From a virus (lineage: Duplodnaviria; Caudoviricetes): a stretch of DNA of 37,233 nucleotides. Within the stretch, counting starts at the first letter, position 1. Every line of letters starts with the position of its first letter. Shown in pieces: positions 7,971 to 16,298 of this stretch. The notes under the pieces are model-generated. The model saw only the letters and a list, made by a program, of their open reading frames with translations, searched no databases and was not told the DNA's origin. The position numbers were made by a program, and so were the translations under genes. The stretch lies in IMG/VR virus record IMGVR_UViG_3300012352_000349, positions 1 to 37,233 of that record, one strand, 5' to 3'.

Positions 7971-8357
7971 ATGAAAGCAAAATTGAAAACCTACTTAACT
8001 AATTTAGAGAATGGTTTAATTAAAACTAAGACCGATATCGTATTGAGATTGATAATTGAAAATCCTGACATTACTATACATGATATTCGGCAAATGGGTA
8101 TAACGCATCAAACGGCTACAGGAGTAGTTAGCGTATTGATGGATGAAGGTATTGTTTACATAACAGGCAGTATTCAAATTAGAAACAGGCATTATTCAAC
8201 TTTGAAATTTGAAACAGATGAGTTAATGAGATTAGTAAGGGCAAAGCATAGATTATTTGATAGGTATAAAAATTGGTTGGCAAATATGCAGGAATTTGAA
8301 GTCATCATAGGTAAACATAAAATTGATGAGTTAAAAGCCATTTTGTCAAGCAAATAG
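7971..8357 (+). CDS. Putative winged-HTH DNA-binding protein
   Basis: IIENPDITIHDI...HQTATGVVSVLMDEGIV pattern. Confidence 0.55.
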   Translation: MKAKLKTYLTNLENGLIKTKTDIVLRLIIENPDITIHDIRQMGITHQTATGVVSVLMDEGIVYITGSIQIRNRHYSTLKFETDELMRLVRAKHRLFDRYKNWLANMQEFEVIIGKHKIDELKAILSSK

Positions 8358-8393
8358 TATGTTGTATATCAAAGGATAATTGTAAGCACTTTT

Positions 8394-8424
8394 AAGGGGG
8401 GTTCCTGCACGGAATTCCCCTTTT
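8394..8424 (+). terminator. Terminator hairpin ending the replication operon
   Basis: AAGGGGGGTTCC-TGCAC-GGAATTCCCCTT followed by T residues; shares TCCTGCACG with the 6363-6408 hairpin. Confidence 0.75.
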
Positions 8425-8543
8425 CTTGTATATACACCTCAAAACTTGTTTAAAGCACTTAAAACCTGCTTAAAGTGCGTTTAAAAAGGTAAAAAAAAGT
8501 ATATAATAGATTAGGTTATATCAAAAAATTAAATTATGAGTAG

Positions 8544-8551
8544 TATATTTG
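8544..8551 (+). promoter_or_regulatory. Bacteroidota-type -7 promoter box
   Basis: TATATTTG ending 4 nt before the ATG at 8556, suggesting a nearly leaderless mRNA. Confidence 0.55.
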
Positions 8552-8555
8552 TTTT

Positions 8556-8876
8556 ATGGATTTGAATGCATCACAATTAACTAAATATGCAAAGGAACAT
8601 TTGAAGATATTTGGTTACAGATTGAATAGGGTAAACAACATTCCTGTTAGAAAAAGAAAAGGTACAATAGAAAAAGGTTGGGCAGATTTACAAGGGTACA
8701 ATTCAAAAGGTATTTATGTTGCAGTTGAGGTAAAGAAGATAGGTGATACTTTAAAATCAGAACAAAGAATTAGATTGCAAGATGTAATTGATTGTGGTGG
8801 TGAGGCATTTATATGTACGGAAGAGAATGGTAAACCTATATTACTTACATTAGCAGAGTTTGAACAAAAGAAATAA
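8556..8876 (+). CDS. VRR-NUC domain nuclease (Holliday junction resolvase-like)
   Basis: GWADL...VEVK...SEQ...GG PD-(D/E)XK pattern. Confidence 0.85.
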   Translation: MDLNASQLTKYAKEHLKIFGYRLNRVNNIPVRKRKGTIEKGWADLQGYNSKGIYVAVEVKKIGDTLKSEQRIRLQDVIDCGGEAFICTEENGKPILLTLAEFEQKK

Positions 8877-9345
8877 CATATTAGAAGAGTTATGGAGCAG
8901 CAAGGAAGTGAATGATGCAATTAAAAAAATGCAGCCTATAGAACTGCAAGAGGATTTAAAGAGTGAAGTATTTTTAATCATAGCAGAGTTATCAGAAGAG
9001 AAGTTAATTAGTTTATATGAAAGCAATGGTATAAAGTTTTATATGGTTAGAATAATATTGAACCTTGCAACAAGTACAGACAAAAGGTATTATGGCAAGT
9101 ACAGAAATTTTGTTGAGTATAAAGAAAAGGATATAGCAGATGAAGAACAGAATGACATTATAGATATAACGCTAACACAATTCAATGACCTATATTGGTA
9201 TGATAAAGAAATACTTAGATTATATAGTGATGAGTTTAATCAGAATGCAAAGGAGTTAAGTAGGGCAACAGGCATACCATATATGAGTATAATAAGGACA
9301 TTGAATAAGATAAAAAATGAATTAAAGAAAAAGATAAGAAAATGA
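8860..9345 (+). CDS. Phage-encoded sigma-70/ECF-like factor
   Basis: Region-2-like EDLKSEVFL...FYMVRIILN and region-4 HTH KELSRATGIPYMSIIRTLNKIK; TTG start. Confidence 0.75.
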   Translation: MNKRNNILEELWSSKEVNDAIKKMQPIELQEDLKSEVFLIIAELSEEKLISLYESNGIKFYMVRIILNLATSTDKRYYGKYRNFVEYKEKDIADEEQNDIIDITLTQFNDLYWYDKEILRLYSDEFNQNAKELSRATGIPYMSIIRTLNKIKNELKKKIRK

Positions 9346-9716
9346 AAGAAAAGGAATGCATCAAATGTGGTTTAGTAAAAGCATTACAGGATTATAATAA
9401 TGATAAGTTTAGAAAGGATGGCAAGTCAATATATTGTAGAGAGTGTGCTGCAATAAATCGTCAGAAGTATAATGGTATTCCTAAAAAGCAACTTAAGAAA
9501 GTAGTACCTGTTAAAGTAGTTAAGGAGCATAGAGAAGGTAAAAAGATATGCACAAAATGTGGTCAAGAGAAAAAGTATTCAGAGTATGCAAGGAATGGTG
9601 CATCAAAAGATAAATATACTGCAAGATGTAAATCCTGTTGTCTTGTAGATGTAACATCAAAGAAGACAAAGGAAATTAATTATGCAAAGTTCTACTACCC
9701 TATTGAATTAGATTAA
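9342..9716 (+). CDS. Tandem zinc-finger protein
   Basis: Two similar C4 modules: CIKCG...CREC and CTKCG...CKSC. Confidence 0.7.
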   Translation: MKEKECIKCGLVKALQDYNNDKFRKDGKSIYCRECAAINRQKYNGIPKKQLKKVVPVKVVKEHREGKKICTKCGQEKKYSEYARNGASKDKYTARCKSCCLVDVTSKKTKEINYAKFYYPIELD

Positions 9717-9736
9717 TTAGTTAAAAAAAATAAACT

Positions 9737-9943
9737 ATGAAGCAGACGGCAATGCAACAAATGTATGATGAACTTATGCAACATGAGTATACTATACCAT
9801 TAGATTTAATTGTTAGATGCAAGGAATTGATTGTGGTTGAGAAGGAGCAGATGCATAAATGTGCAACATTTTGGAGAGGTAAAGAGAATGAGATAGAAAA
9901 GCCAATGTTTGATTTATACTATAAAAAAAACTATAACATATGA
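9737..9943 (+). CDS. Hypothetical protein
   Basis: 68-aa ORF. Confidence 0.6.
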   Translation: MKQTAMQQMYDELMQHEYTIPLDLIVRCKELIVVEKEQMHKCATFWRGKENEIEKPMFDLYYKKNYNI

Positions 9944-10185
9944 TTGAATTAATTGGTGGTTTATCTTTTGCAATATTCTTTGTAGACATTCATAAGTTTT
10001 ATCATAAATGGAAGTTACAATTCAAGCCATTTAATTGTGCCTCATGCCTTGCTGCATGGACTACATTGCTATTGTATTTCTTACCCGAATATATTGTCTT
10101 ACCATTTGCATTAATGTTTGCTGCAGGAGTACTTGCTCCTGTTATACATATAGCAATGGAAATTTTGTTTCAAAAATTAAATTAA
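9940..10185 (+). CDS. Small membrane protein (DUF1360-like CxxCxxxW)
   Basis: Hydrophobic segments around KPFNCASCLAAW. Confidence 0.6.
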   Translation: MIELIGGLSFAIFFVDIHKFYHKWKLQFKPFNCASCLAAWTTLLLYFLPEYIVLPFALMFAAGVLAPVIHIAMEILFQKLN

Positions 10186-10190
10186 ATAAA

Positions 10191-10556
10191 ATGAACCAAG
10201 AGCATATTGATTTCTTAGAGTTAAATATTCATAACAAGGAAACACTTGCTGCAGGATATGCAAGGAACTTAGATAAACAATTGTTAGATACCTATGAGAA
10301 GATATATCAGCAATATATAAGTAGTGACTTTATATTAACTAAATGGTGTAGCACTTGTGTATTTGATTGTTTAAAAAGAGTATATGATTATTATGATGCT
10401 CATGTATTGAGTATAAGTAATGTTAAGATTGTTTCACATGGAACAAATGACTTTATATTCCCCGATGACCTTGATAACATAGTGCCAACAGGTGAAGAGA
10501 ACTTATTAGATAACAAAGGAAAAAGAAAGGGCAGACCGAGAAAAGTAAATGGTTAA
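10191..10556 (+). CDS. Hypothetical protein with CxxC and a basic KGRPRK tail
   Basis: Likely start 10191 (MNQEHID). Confidence 0.65.
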   Translation: MNQEHIDFLELNIHNKETLAAGYARNLDKQLLDTYEKIYQQYISSDFILTKWCSTCVFDCLKRVYDYYDAHVLSISNVKIVSHGTNDFIFPDDLDNIVPTGEENLLDNKGKRKGRPRKVNG

Positions 10557-10583
10557 TATTTTTAATTCATAGTATTTATAAGT

Positions 10584-11000
10584 ATGCCTGTAATTAAATG
10601 TAGCAACGGCAAATATAGAATAGGTAATGGTGGATGCATATATGAAGATGCTGACAAGGCACATAGGGCATGGGCATCAATAAGGGTTGCAATGAACAAC
10701 TCATATAATGACTATCCCGAAGCAGCAGTCAATGCAGCAAAGAGAGCATTGAAGTGGGCAGAGAAAAATGGTTGGGGGTCTTGCTTAACTGCAACAGGGA
10801 AGGCTCGTTGTAACCAATTGGCAAATAGAGAAAATATCACAAGAGATACAATATCAAGGATGGCATCCTTTGCAAGGCATTTGCAATACAAAGATGTACC
10901 TTATACAGAAGGTTGCGGAGGATTAGCAGTTGATGCATGGGGTGGACAAGCAGGAATAGAATGGGCACAAAGAAAACTAAAAGAATTAAAAGGTGAGTAA
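10584..11000 (+). CDS. Conserved-looking hypothetical late protein
   Basis: 138-aa ORF with SYNDYP...AWGG...WA; preceded by the GTATTTA motif. Confidence 0.65.
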   Translation: MPVIKCSNGKYRIGNGGCIYEDADKAHRAWASIRVAMNNSYNDYPEAAVNAAKRALKWAEKNGWGSCLTATGKARCNQLANRENITRDTISRMASFARHLQYKDVPYTEGCGGLAVDAWGGQAGIEWAQRKLKELKGE

Positions 11001-11298
11001 ACTTGAGGAGTTCGGAATCAATATAGGATTTACAATAGCAGGTATGATGGGCAGTATTCTGTTTATAGGTAAAGATAATATAAGGGACTTCAGAACAACT
11101 TTAATTTCAATGTTCGGAGGTGTTGCATCTGCAAACTATCTTACTCCTGTTGTTTGTGATTGGTTTAGCATTGAGAAAATTAATCACCAATTTAGTATTG
11201 CATTCATTCTTGGTTTTATGGGATTGAGAGGTGTTGAGAAAATAGCAAGTAAAGTATTTAGTAACAATAAAAATAAAGACAATGAAAAGGTTTATTAG
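10993..11298 (+). CDS. Putative holin
   Basis: About three hydrophobic segments and a charged C-terminus; upstream of the endolysin; GTG start. Confidence 0.65.
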   Translation: MSKLEEFGINIGFTIAGMMGSILFIGKDNIRDFRTTLISMFGGVASANYLTPVVCDWFSIEKINHQFSIAFILGFMGLRGVEKIASKVFSNNKNKDNEKVY

Positions 11299-11443
11299 TA
11301 ATTTGAAGACAACAATCTTTGGAGCAGTTGCAGGATTGCCTGTATTGGTAGAAGGTGTATTAACTAAAGATGTAAGTAAAATTCTTGCAGGTGCAGGTAT
11401 GTTGCTTGTAGGTATCTTTGCTAAAGACGCAGATAATAATTAA
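11282..11443 (+). CDS. Second small holin-like membrane protein (53 aa, not in the ORF track)
   Basis: MKRFISNLKTTIFGAVAGLPVLVEGVLTKDVSKILAGAGMLLVGIFAKDADNN*; TAATG-coupled to the endolysin. Confidence 0.7.
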   Translation: MKRFISNLKTTIFGAVAGLPVLVEGVLTKDVSKILAGAGMLLVGIFAKDADNN

Positions 11444-11934
11444 TGAAAGACCAAATTACACTTGAACGTATTCAGTTGCTTCATCCTGTTATAAGGGGTG
11501 AAGTAATTGATGCGTATGATGAAATAGCAGAAGCGTTAAAAGGAGATTTCTATTGTAGGTTTGCTTATACATTAAGAACATTTGGTGAGCAGGATAAACT
11601 ATACTCACAAGGCAGAACAAGTGCAGGTTCAATTGTAACAAATGCTCGTGGAGGTTTCAGTTATCACAATTATGGGTTAGCATTAGATATTGTTTTAATT
11701 AATAAGATAACTCATAAGGCAGTATGGGATACCAAAACTGACTTTGATAAAGATAGAGTTAGTGATTGGATGGAGATAGTTAACATACTTAAGAGTTATG
11801 GTTTTGAATGGGGAGGTGATTGGAAGTTTAAAGACTATCCACATTTCCAAAAGACATTAGGTCATTCAGTTCGTTCACTACTTGCATTGCATCAACAAAA
11901 GAAGGTTGATAAAAATAACTTTGTATTGATATAA
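11443..11934 (+). CDS. Endolysin, M15-family L-Ala-D-Glu peptidase
   Basis: R...EQDKLYSQGRT, SYHNYGLALD, WGGDW and DYPHFQ zinc motifs. Confidence 0.9.
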   Translation: MKDQITLERIQLLHPVIRGEVIDAYDEIAEALKGDFYCRFAYTLRTFGEQDKLYSQGRTSAGSIVTNARGGFSYHNYGLALDIVLINKITHKAVWDTKTDFDKDRVSDWMEIVNILKSYGFEWGGDWKFKDYPHFQKTLGHSVRSLLALHQQKKVDKNNFVLI

Positions 11935-11950
11935 GAATTAACTTTGAAGT

Positions 11951-12211
11951 ATGCAGAAGCATACCAAAGTTTACTTTTCCTTTTTCAATTTTGCATTAGA
12001 AGACTTTGTGCCTTGTGAAGTATGTGAAGCAAGGGCAGTAGATATTCATCATATAGAACGTAGAGGCATGGGTGGTACTACAAAGCATGAGGAGATAAAT
12101 AACCTCATGGCTCTTTGTAGGCATTGTCATGTTAAGTATGGTGATATAAAAATTTACAAAGAGTTTTTAATTGAGAAGCATAATCAATATATAAAAAGAT
12201 ATAGCAAATGA
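11951..12211 (+). CDS. HNH endonuclease
   Basis: CEVC...DIHHI...NNLMALCRHCH. Confidence 0.9.
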   Translation: MQKHTKVYFSFFNFALEDFVPCEVCEARAVDIHHIERRGMGGTTKHEEINNLMALCRHCHVKYGDIKIYKEFLIEKHNQYIKRYSK

Positions 12212-12744
12212 AAACAGAGATAGTAAATATATCAGACATAAAACTCAATCCGAGTAATCCGAGAGTTATCAAGGATGATAAATTTAAAAAGTTAGTTGAT
12301 AGTATTCTTGCTCTACCCGAAATGCTTAACCTAAGACCTATTGTGGTTAATGATGAGATGGTTGTGTTAGGAGGCAATATGCGACTAAAGGCTTGTGTTG
12401 AAGCAGGTCTAAAGAAAGTGCCAATCATAAAGGCAACTAACTTATCTGAGGAGCAACAAAGGGAATTTATAATTAAAGATAATATTGGATATGGTGAATG
12501 GGATTGGCAAATGCTAACTGCAGAATGGGAAGATGTTAAGTTGGAAGATTGGGGACTTGAAGTGCCTAATAGTCAAGATTGGACACAACTTGATTATATA
12601 GAAGAAGCAGATAAACCAAACTTCAGAAAAGATAATGTCATAACTATAATAGTCCCTGATGAGTTTGTTAAAGAGATGAGTGAGATAGAGGAGTTAATAA
12701 AGTCAACGCTTGGAGTAAATTATAGTGGTTGTGAAGTCAAATAA
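12208..12744 (+). CDS. ParB/Srx-like N-terminal domain protein
   Basis: NPSNPR...RPIVV...LGGNMRLKA...FIIKDN motifs. Confidence 0.85.
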   Translation: MKTEIVNISDIKLNPSNPRVIKDDKFKKLVDSILALPEMLNLRPIVVNDEMVVLGGNMRLKACVEAGLKKVPIIKATNLSEEQQREFIIKDNIGYGEWDWQMLTAEWEDVKLEDWGLEVPNSQDWTQLDYIEEADKPNFRKDNVITIIVPDEFVKEMSEIEELIKSTLGVNYSGCEVK

Positions 12745-13639
12745 TACTTACTTAAACATATTAGCAAGTTATGCTTACTTAGGTAAGTCTAAATCTTTTT
12801 GTGATACCTTCTTTGGTTATAGCAAAGATGGAGTTATCAATACAATGATAGATAGTGGAGCATTTACTTTATTTAATTCAAAGGATAGTAAAATGCAATG
12901 GTTGACATTAGATAACTATTGTAATTTCTTAAATACCTATTCACAATATTCAGAGAAGTATGTAATGCTTGATGTTATCAATAATCATAGTGCAAGTAAA
13001 AAGAACTATGAATTGATGTTAGACAGAGGCATGAATCCAATGTATGTCTTTACTTCGCTAGATGAAGATTATACGTATCTTAAAGAAGCAGTAAATAATA
13101 ATCAGCATCTTTGTGTTGCAGGTGGTGTAACAACAAAGAGTGAGTGGATGTTTAAAAGGTATCAAGATGTATATATAAGAACACAGGCAAAAATACATGG
13201 ACTTGGTTTTGTTAAGTTCCCTACAATATATCAATTGCCTTTGCATTCAGTAGATAGTTCTACATGGATACAAGGTGCTCAAGCATTTGGTCATATATTT
13301 TATTTTGATGAAGGGCTGAAGTCAATAGCATATACTGAAATATTAAAAAAGAAAAAACCTTTGCCTCAACAAGTAATTGAGATATTGAATAAACTTAAAG
13401 TTACACCAAAGGAGTTTAGCGACTTAAATAATCACAGAGGCAGTAATAATATTGAAACAATGTTAAGTATCATTGCATATATAGAGTATCAAAAGTATTC
13501 TAAACGCAGAGGTGTAAATTTATTTCTTGCAGGTAGTGGTAAATCAAATGTAGAAGATATTGTCTTTGTAGATACAATGATGAATAATAATAAACTAACA
13601 TATAATGGTTGGAAGAATAGAAAAGCAAATTATAGTTAA
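12725..13639 (+). CDS. dpdA: TGT-fold DNA guanine transglycosylase (DpdA-like)
   Basis: MIDSGAFT, MLDVI, IHGLG and SVDSSTW motifs of the TGT/DpdA barrel, with no tRNA-TGT zinc cluster, next to que genes. Subfamily undetermined; GTG start uncertain. Confidence 0.75.
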   Translation: MVVKSNNTYLNILASYAYLGKSKSFCDTFFGYSKDGVINTMIDSGAFTLFNSKDSKMQWLTLDNYCNFLNTYSQYSEKYVMLDVINNHSASKKNYELMLDRGMNPMYVFTSLDEDYTYLKEAVNNNQHLCVAGGVTTKSEWMFKRYQDVYIRTQAKIHGLGFVKFPTIYQLPLHSVDSSTWIQGAQAFGHIFYFDEGLKSIAYTEILKKKKPLPQQVIEILNKLKVTPKEFSDLNNHRGSNNIETMLSIIAYIEYQKYSKRRGVNLFLAGSGKSNVEDIVFVDTMMNNNKLTYNGWKNRKANYS

Positions 13640-13943
13640 ACTCCAATATGAAGGAGTACATAGGTGGAAGGATTGTAATATTGAATCTGTCTTATATCTT
13701 AAAGATTTTCATAGGCACATATTTTATATTGAAGTTAGAAAGCAAGTAAGGCATAACGATAGAGATATAGAGATAATAAGATTCAAGCATAACATATTAA
13801 AATATTTAGATAAAACATTTGATAATTTCTTTGGTGATATGAGTTGCGAAGACATTGCTGAAGTACTTATGAATGAATTTGAATTGTCTTATGTTAAGGT
13901 ATTGGAAGATAATGAGAATGGTGCGTTAATGCAAAGAACATGA
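13605..13943 (+). CDS. dpdL: QueD-like T-fold protein, putative CDG decarboxylase (DpdL-like)
   Basis: EGVHRW, LKDFHRHIF (LxxxHRHxF), SCEDIAE and EDNENGA; a second QueD paralogue in the cluster. Confidence 0.7.
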   Translation: MVGRIEKQIIVKLQYEGVHRWKDCNIESVLYLKDFHRHIFYIEVRKQVRHNDRDIEIIRFKHNILKYLDKTFDNFFGDMSCEDIAEVLMNEFELSYVKVLEDNENGALMQRT

Positions 13944-14941
13944 TACACTATATACCTATTGAAAATATTGAGCAGCGTTATACAAAATTGATGAATGATA
14001 TAGTTTATCCTTATGTTGACTATATCTATTATCCTATGTGGGATGATACACAAGGTATAAGCAAAGGTGAGTTCCTTGATATAGAAAAGACAATTGAGTT
14101 CAAGTCAAAACAGATAACATTGATTAGTCAAGCATTTCAGATGGGCAAGGTAAAGGATGGTGATTGGTTTATATTTGGAGATATATATTTTCAAGGCATA
14201 GAATCAATTAAGTATATGGCTGAACTACAAGACATAAAGGTATATATTGCAGGATTTAATTATGCAGGTAGGGCTGATGTAAATGACTTCGTTAATAAGT
14301 TAGGTAGATGGTCTGATGTAGTTGAGAAAGGTTATCATAGTGTAGCAGACATAATATTTGTAGGTAGTCATTATCATAAAGAAAATGTTATTACTTACTT
14401 TCATTTAAATGAAGATAAAGTTAAGGTAACAGGTTATGTATGGGATAACAATAAGGCATTTGAAGTTTATCCTTATATGCATGAGAAAGAAGATTATATT
14501 ATATACCCACATAGATTAGCAAAAGAAAAAGGCATACAAGAATTTATAAATATAGCAGAGATGATGCCTAACAAAACCTTTGTTGTTACTTCATCATCTA
14601 AATTAAAAAGTCAAATAGCATTACCTACGAATGTTATATATAGATATGGTTTAACTAAGGCAGAATACTATGACTGCATGAGTAAGGCAAAGTATTATTT
14701 ATCTACTGCACATCAAGAGACATTCGGTTATACATTAAGGGAAGCGTTGTTATACAATTGTATAGTTGCTGCACCTAATAGGGCGTGTTATAAAGAAATG
14801 CTTAATCCTTTATCATTGTATAATAATATTAATGAGATAGAAAAGATATACAACACTACTGATATATTGACTAATAAAGAGTATAGAAATATGTATAGTA
14901 ACAACATAGAAAAAATAATAAGTTATGCAAGGCAAAAGTAA
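13940..14941 (+). CDS. GT-B fold glycosyltransferase (GT4-like)
   Basis: PHRLAKEKG and ETFGYTLREA (EX7E) motifs. Confidence 0.85.
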   Translation: MIHYIPIENIEQRYTKLMNDIVYPYVDYIYYPMWDDTQGISKGEFLDIEKTIEFKSKQITLISQAFQMGKVKDGDWFIFGDIYFQGIESIKYMAELQDIKVYIAGFNYAGRADVNDFVNKLGRWSDVVEKGYHSVADIIFVGSHYHKENVITYFHLNEDKVKVTGYVWDNNKAFEVYPYMHEKEDYIIYPHRLAKEKGIQEFINIAEMMPNKTFVVTSSSKLKSQIALPTNVIYRYGLTKAEYYDCMSKAKYYLSTAHQETFGYTLREALLYNCIVAAPNRACYKEMLNPLSLYNNINEIEKIYNTTDILTNKEYRNMYSNNIEKIISYARQK

Positions 14942-15326
14942 TTGGATAGGATATGAATGTGAAGGCAGATTAATAGGATTGCTAACATACTTTGTTAGAT
15001 ATGATGTAGACTATATACCGCCTAACATTCGTCATATTTATTTTACTAAGGAATTTCTTTTGACTGAAAACTATGAAGCAATAATCAATTCATACTTATC
15101 TAAATATATGGTTACAATAGAATGCAATATTGATACCTATAAACATTTGACACCTAACATGAATGCATGGGCACATATAATTTACAGGATAGAAGATTCA
15201 ATACCTTTTGATTTAAAAGATACAGATAGTATATTTATAGATAAGCAAGTCTATAATGTATTATGCTTTACAAAAGGTACTGCATATAAAGTGCAACCAT
15301 CAGATTACTCAAAAGACTTAGTATGA
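14925..15326 (+). CDS. Unknown protein embedded in the modification operon
   Basis: 133-aa ORF overlapping both the glycosyltransferase and queD; WIGYECEG...TYFV...HIYF. Confidence 0.7.
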   Translation: MQGKSNWIGYECEGRLIGLLTYFVRYDVDYIPPNIRHIYFTKEFLLTENYEAIINSYLSKYMVTIECNIDTYKHLTPNMNAWAHIIYRIEDSIPFDLKDTDSIFIDKQVYNVLCFTKGTAYKVQPSDYSKDLV

Positions 15327-15718
15327 TAATTGAAAAGAAATATTACTTCTATGCAGCACATAGGAATAAAGAAGCAGGAGAGAAATGTGGCAGGATACAT
15401 GGTCATACTTATGATATAACTTGTCACTTCAAGTTTGACAATATGGTTAATGGTTTAACTATGTTGTTTAGTGATATAGATAAAATAGCAGAACCAATAA
15501 TAAAACAATATGACCATTATCTTTTATTATATAAAGAAGATGGATTATGTAATATACTTGACTTAGTTGATGAGCCTTTTATTGAATTGCCTTTTGAAAC
15601 AAGTGCAGAGAATTTAGCAATATGGATATTTAATGAATTAAGAAATAAGTTACCAATATTTAAAATAGAGTTAGCAGAAACTAAAACATCAAAAGTTATT
15701 TATGAAATTAACAATTAG
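15323..15718 (+). CDS. queD: 6-carboxy-5,6,7,8-tetrahydropterin synthase
   Basis: FYAAHR, CGRIHGH (CxxxHGH), TSAENLA, ET. Confidence 0.9.
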   Translation: MIIEKKYYFYAAHRNKEAGEKCGRIHGHTYDITCHFKFDNMVNGLTMLFSDIDKIAEPIIKQYDHYLLLYKEDGLCNILDLVDEPFIELPFETSAENLAIWIFNELRNKLPIFKIELAETKTSKVIYEINN

Positions 15719-16298
15719 TGAAATATTTTATTCTCTACAAGGAGAAGGAGCAAGAGCAGGTACACCAACTATATTCATTCGTGTGCAAGGATGTAAAGCA
15801 AAAGATGCTTGTTATGCAACAGGTGTTAGGTGTGATACAGAGTTTGAGAGTGGTAAAGAATATTCTGTTGAGGAATTATATGATGCTATCACTGATTACC
15901 CATGCAGTCAAATTACATGGACAGGTGGTGAACCTCTTGGTCAATTAACTAATGAGATAGTTAAATATTTTAAAGACAAAGGATTTTATCAAGCAATAGA
16001 AACAAGTGGACTATTCCCTCCTGTTGAAGGTCTTGATTTTATTTGTGTATCACCAAAGGTTGCAGAACACGTTATTGTAAAAAACTTTCCTCATGGTGTA
16101 AATGAATTAAGGTATGTAAGACATAAAGGTCAGACTGTACCACGACCATCAATAGATGCAGAGCATTATTGGATTAGTCCACATTCAGATGGTAATATAA
16201 TTAATAAAGAAAACTTAAAGCATTGCATTCAGTTATGCTTGGATAATGAGAAATGGAAGTTATCAGTACAACAACATAAGTTATGGAATATACTATAA
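15702..16298 (+). CDS. queE: 7-carboxy-7-deazaguanine synthase (radical SAM)
   Basis: EIFYSLQGEG, CDT, TGGEP, IETSG, VSPK and LSVQQHK; cysteine spacing is atypical (CX5CX6C). Confidence 0.9.
   Translation: MKLTISEIFYSLQGEGARAGTPTIFIRVQGCKAKDACYATGVRCDTEFESGKEYSVEELYDAITDYPCSQITWTGGEPLGQLTNEIVKYFKDKGFYQAIETSGLFPPVEGLDFICVSPKVAEHVIVKNFPHGVNELRYVRHKGQTVPRPSIDAEHYWISPHSDGNIINKENLKHCIQLCLDNEKWKLSVQQHKLWNIL

Noticed and set aside
12208-12744. Plasmid-prophage partition system
   Set aside because: No ParA and no HTH domain; only the N-terminal ParB/Srx domain typical of modification loci.
12725-13639. tRNA-guanine transglycosylase / queuosine auxiliary metabolic gene interpretation
   Set aside because: Lacks the tRNA-TGT zinc-binding cysteines and queC/queF/queA; the ParB and terminase context favours DNA modification, although tRNA targeting is not formally excluded.
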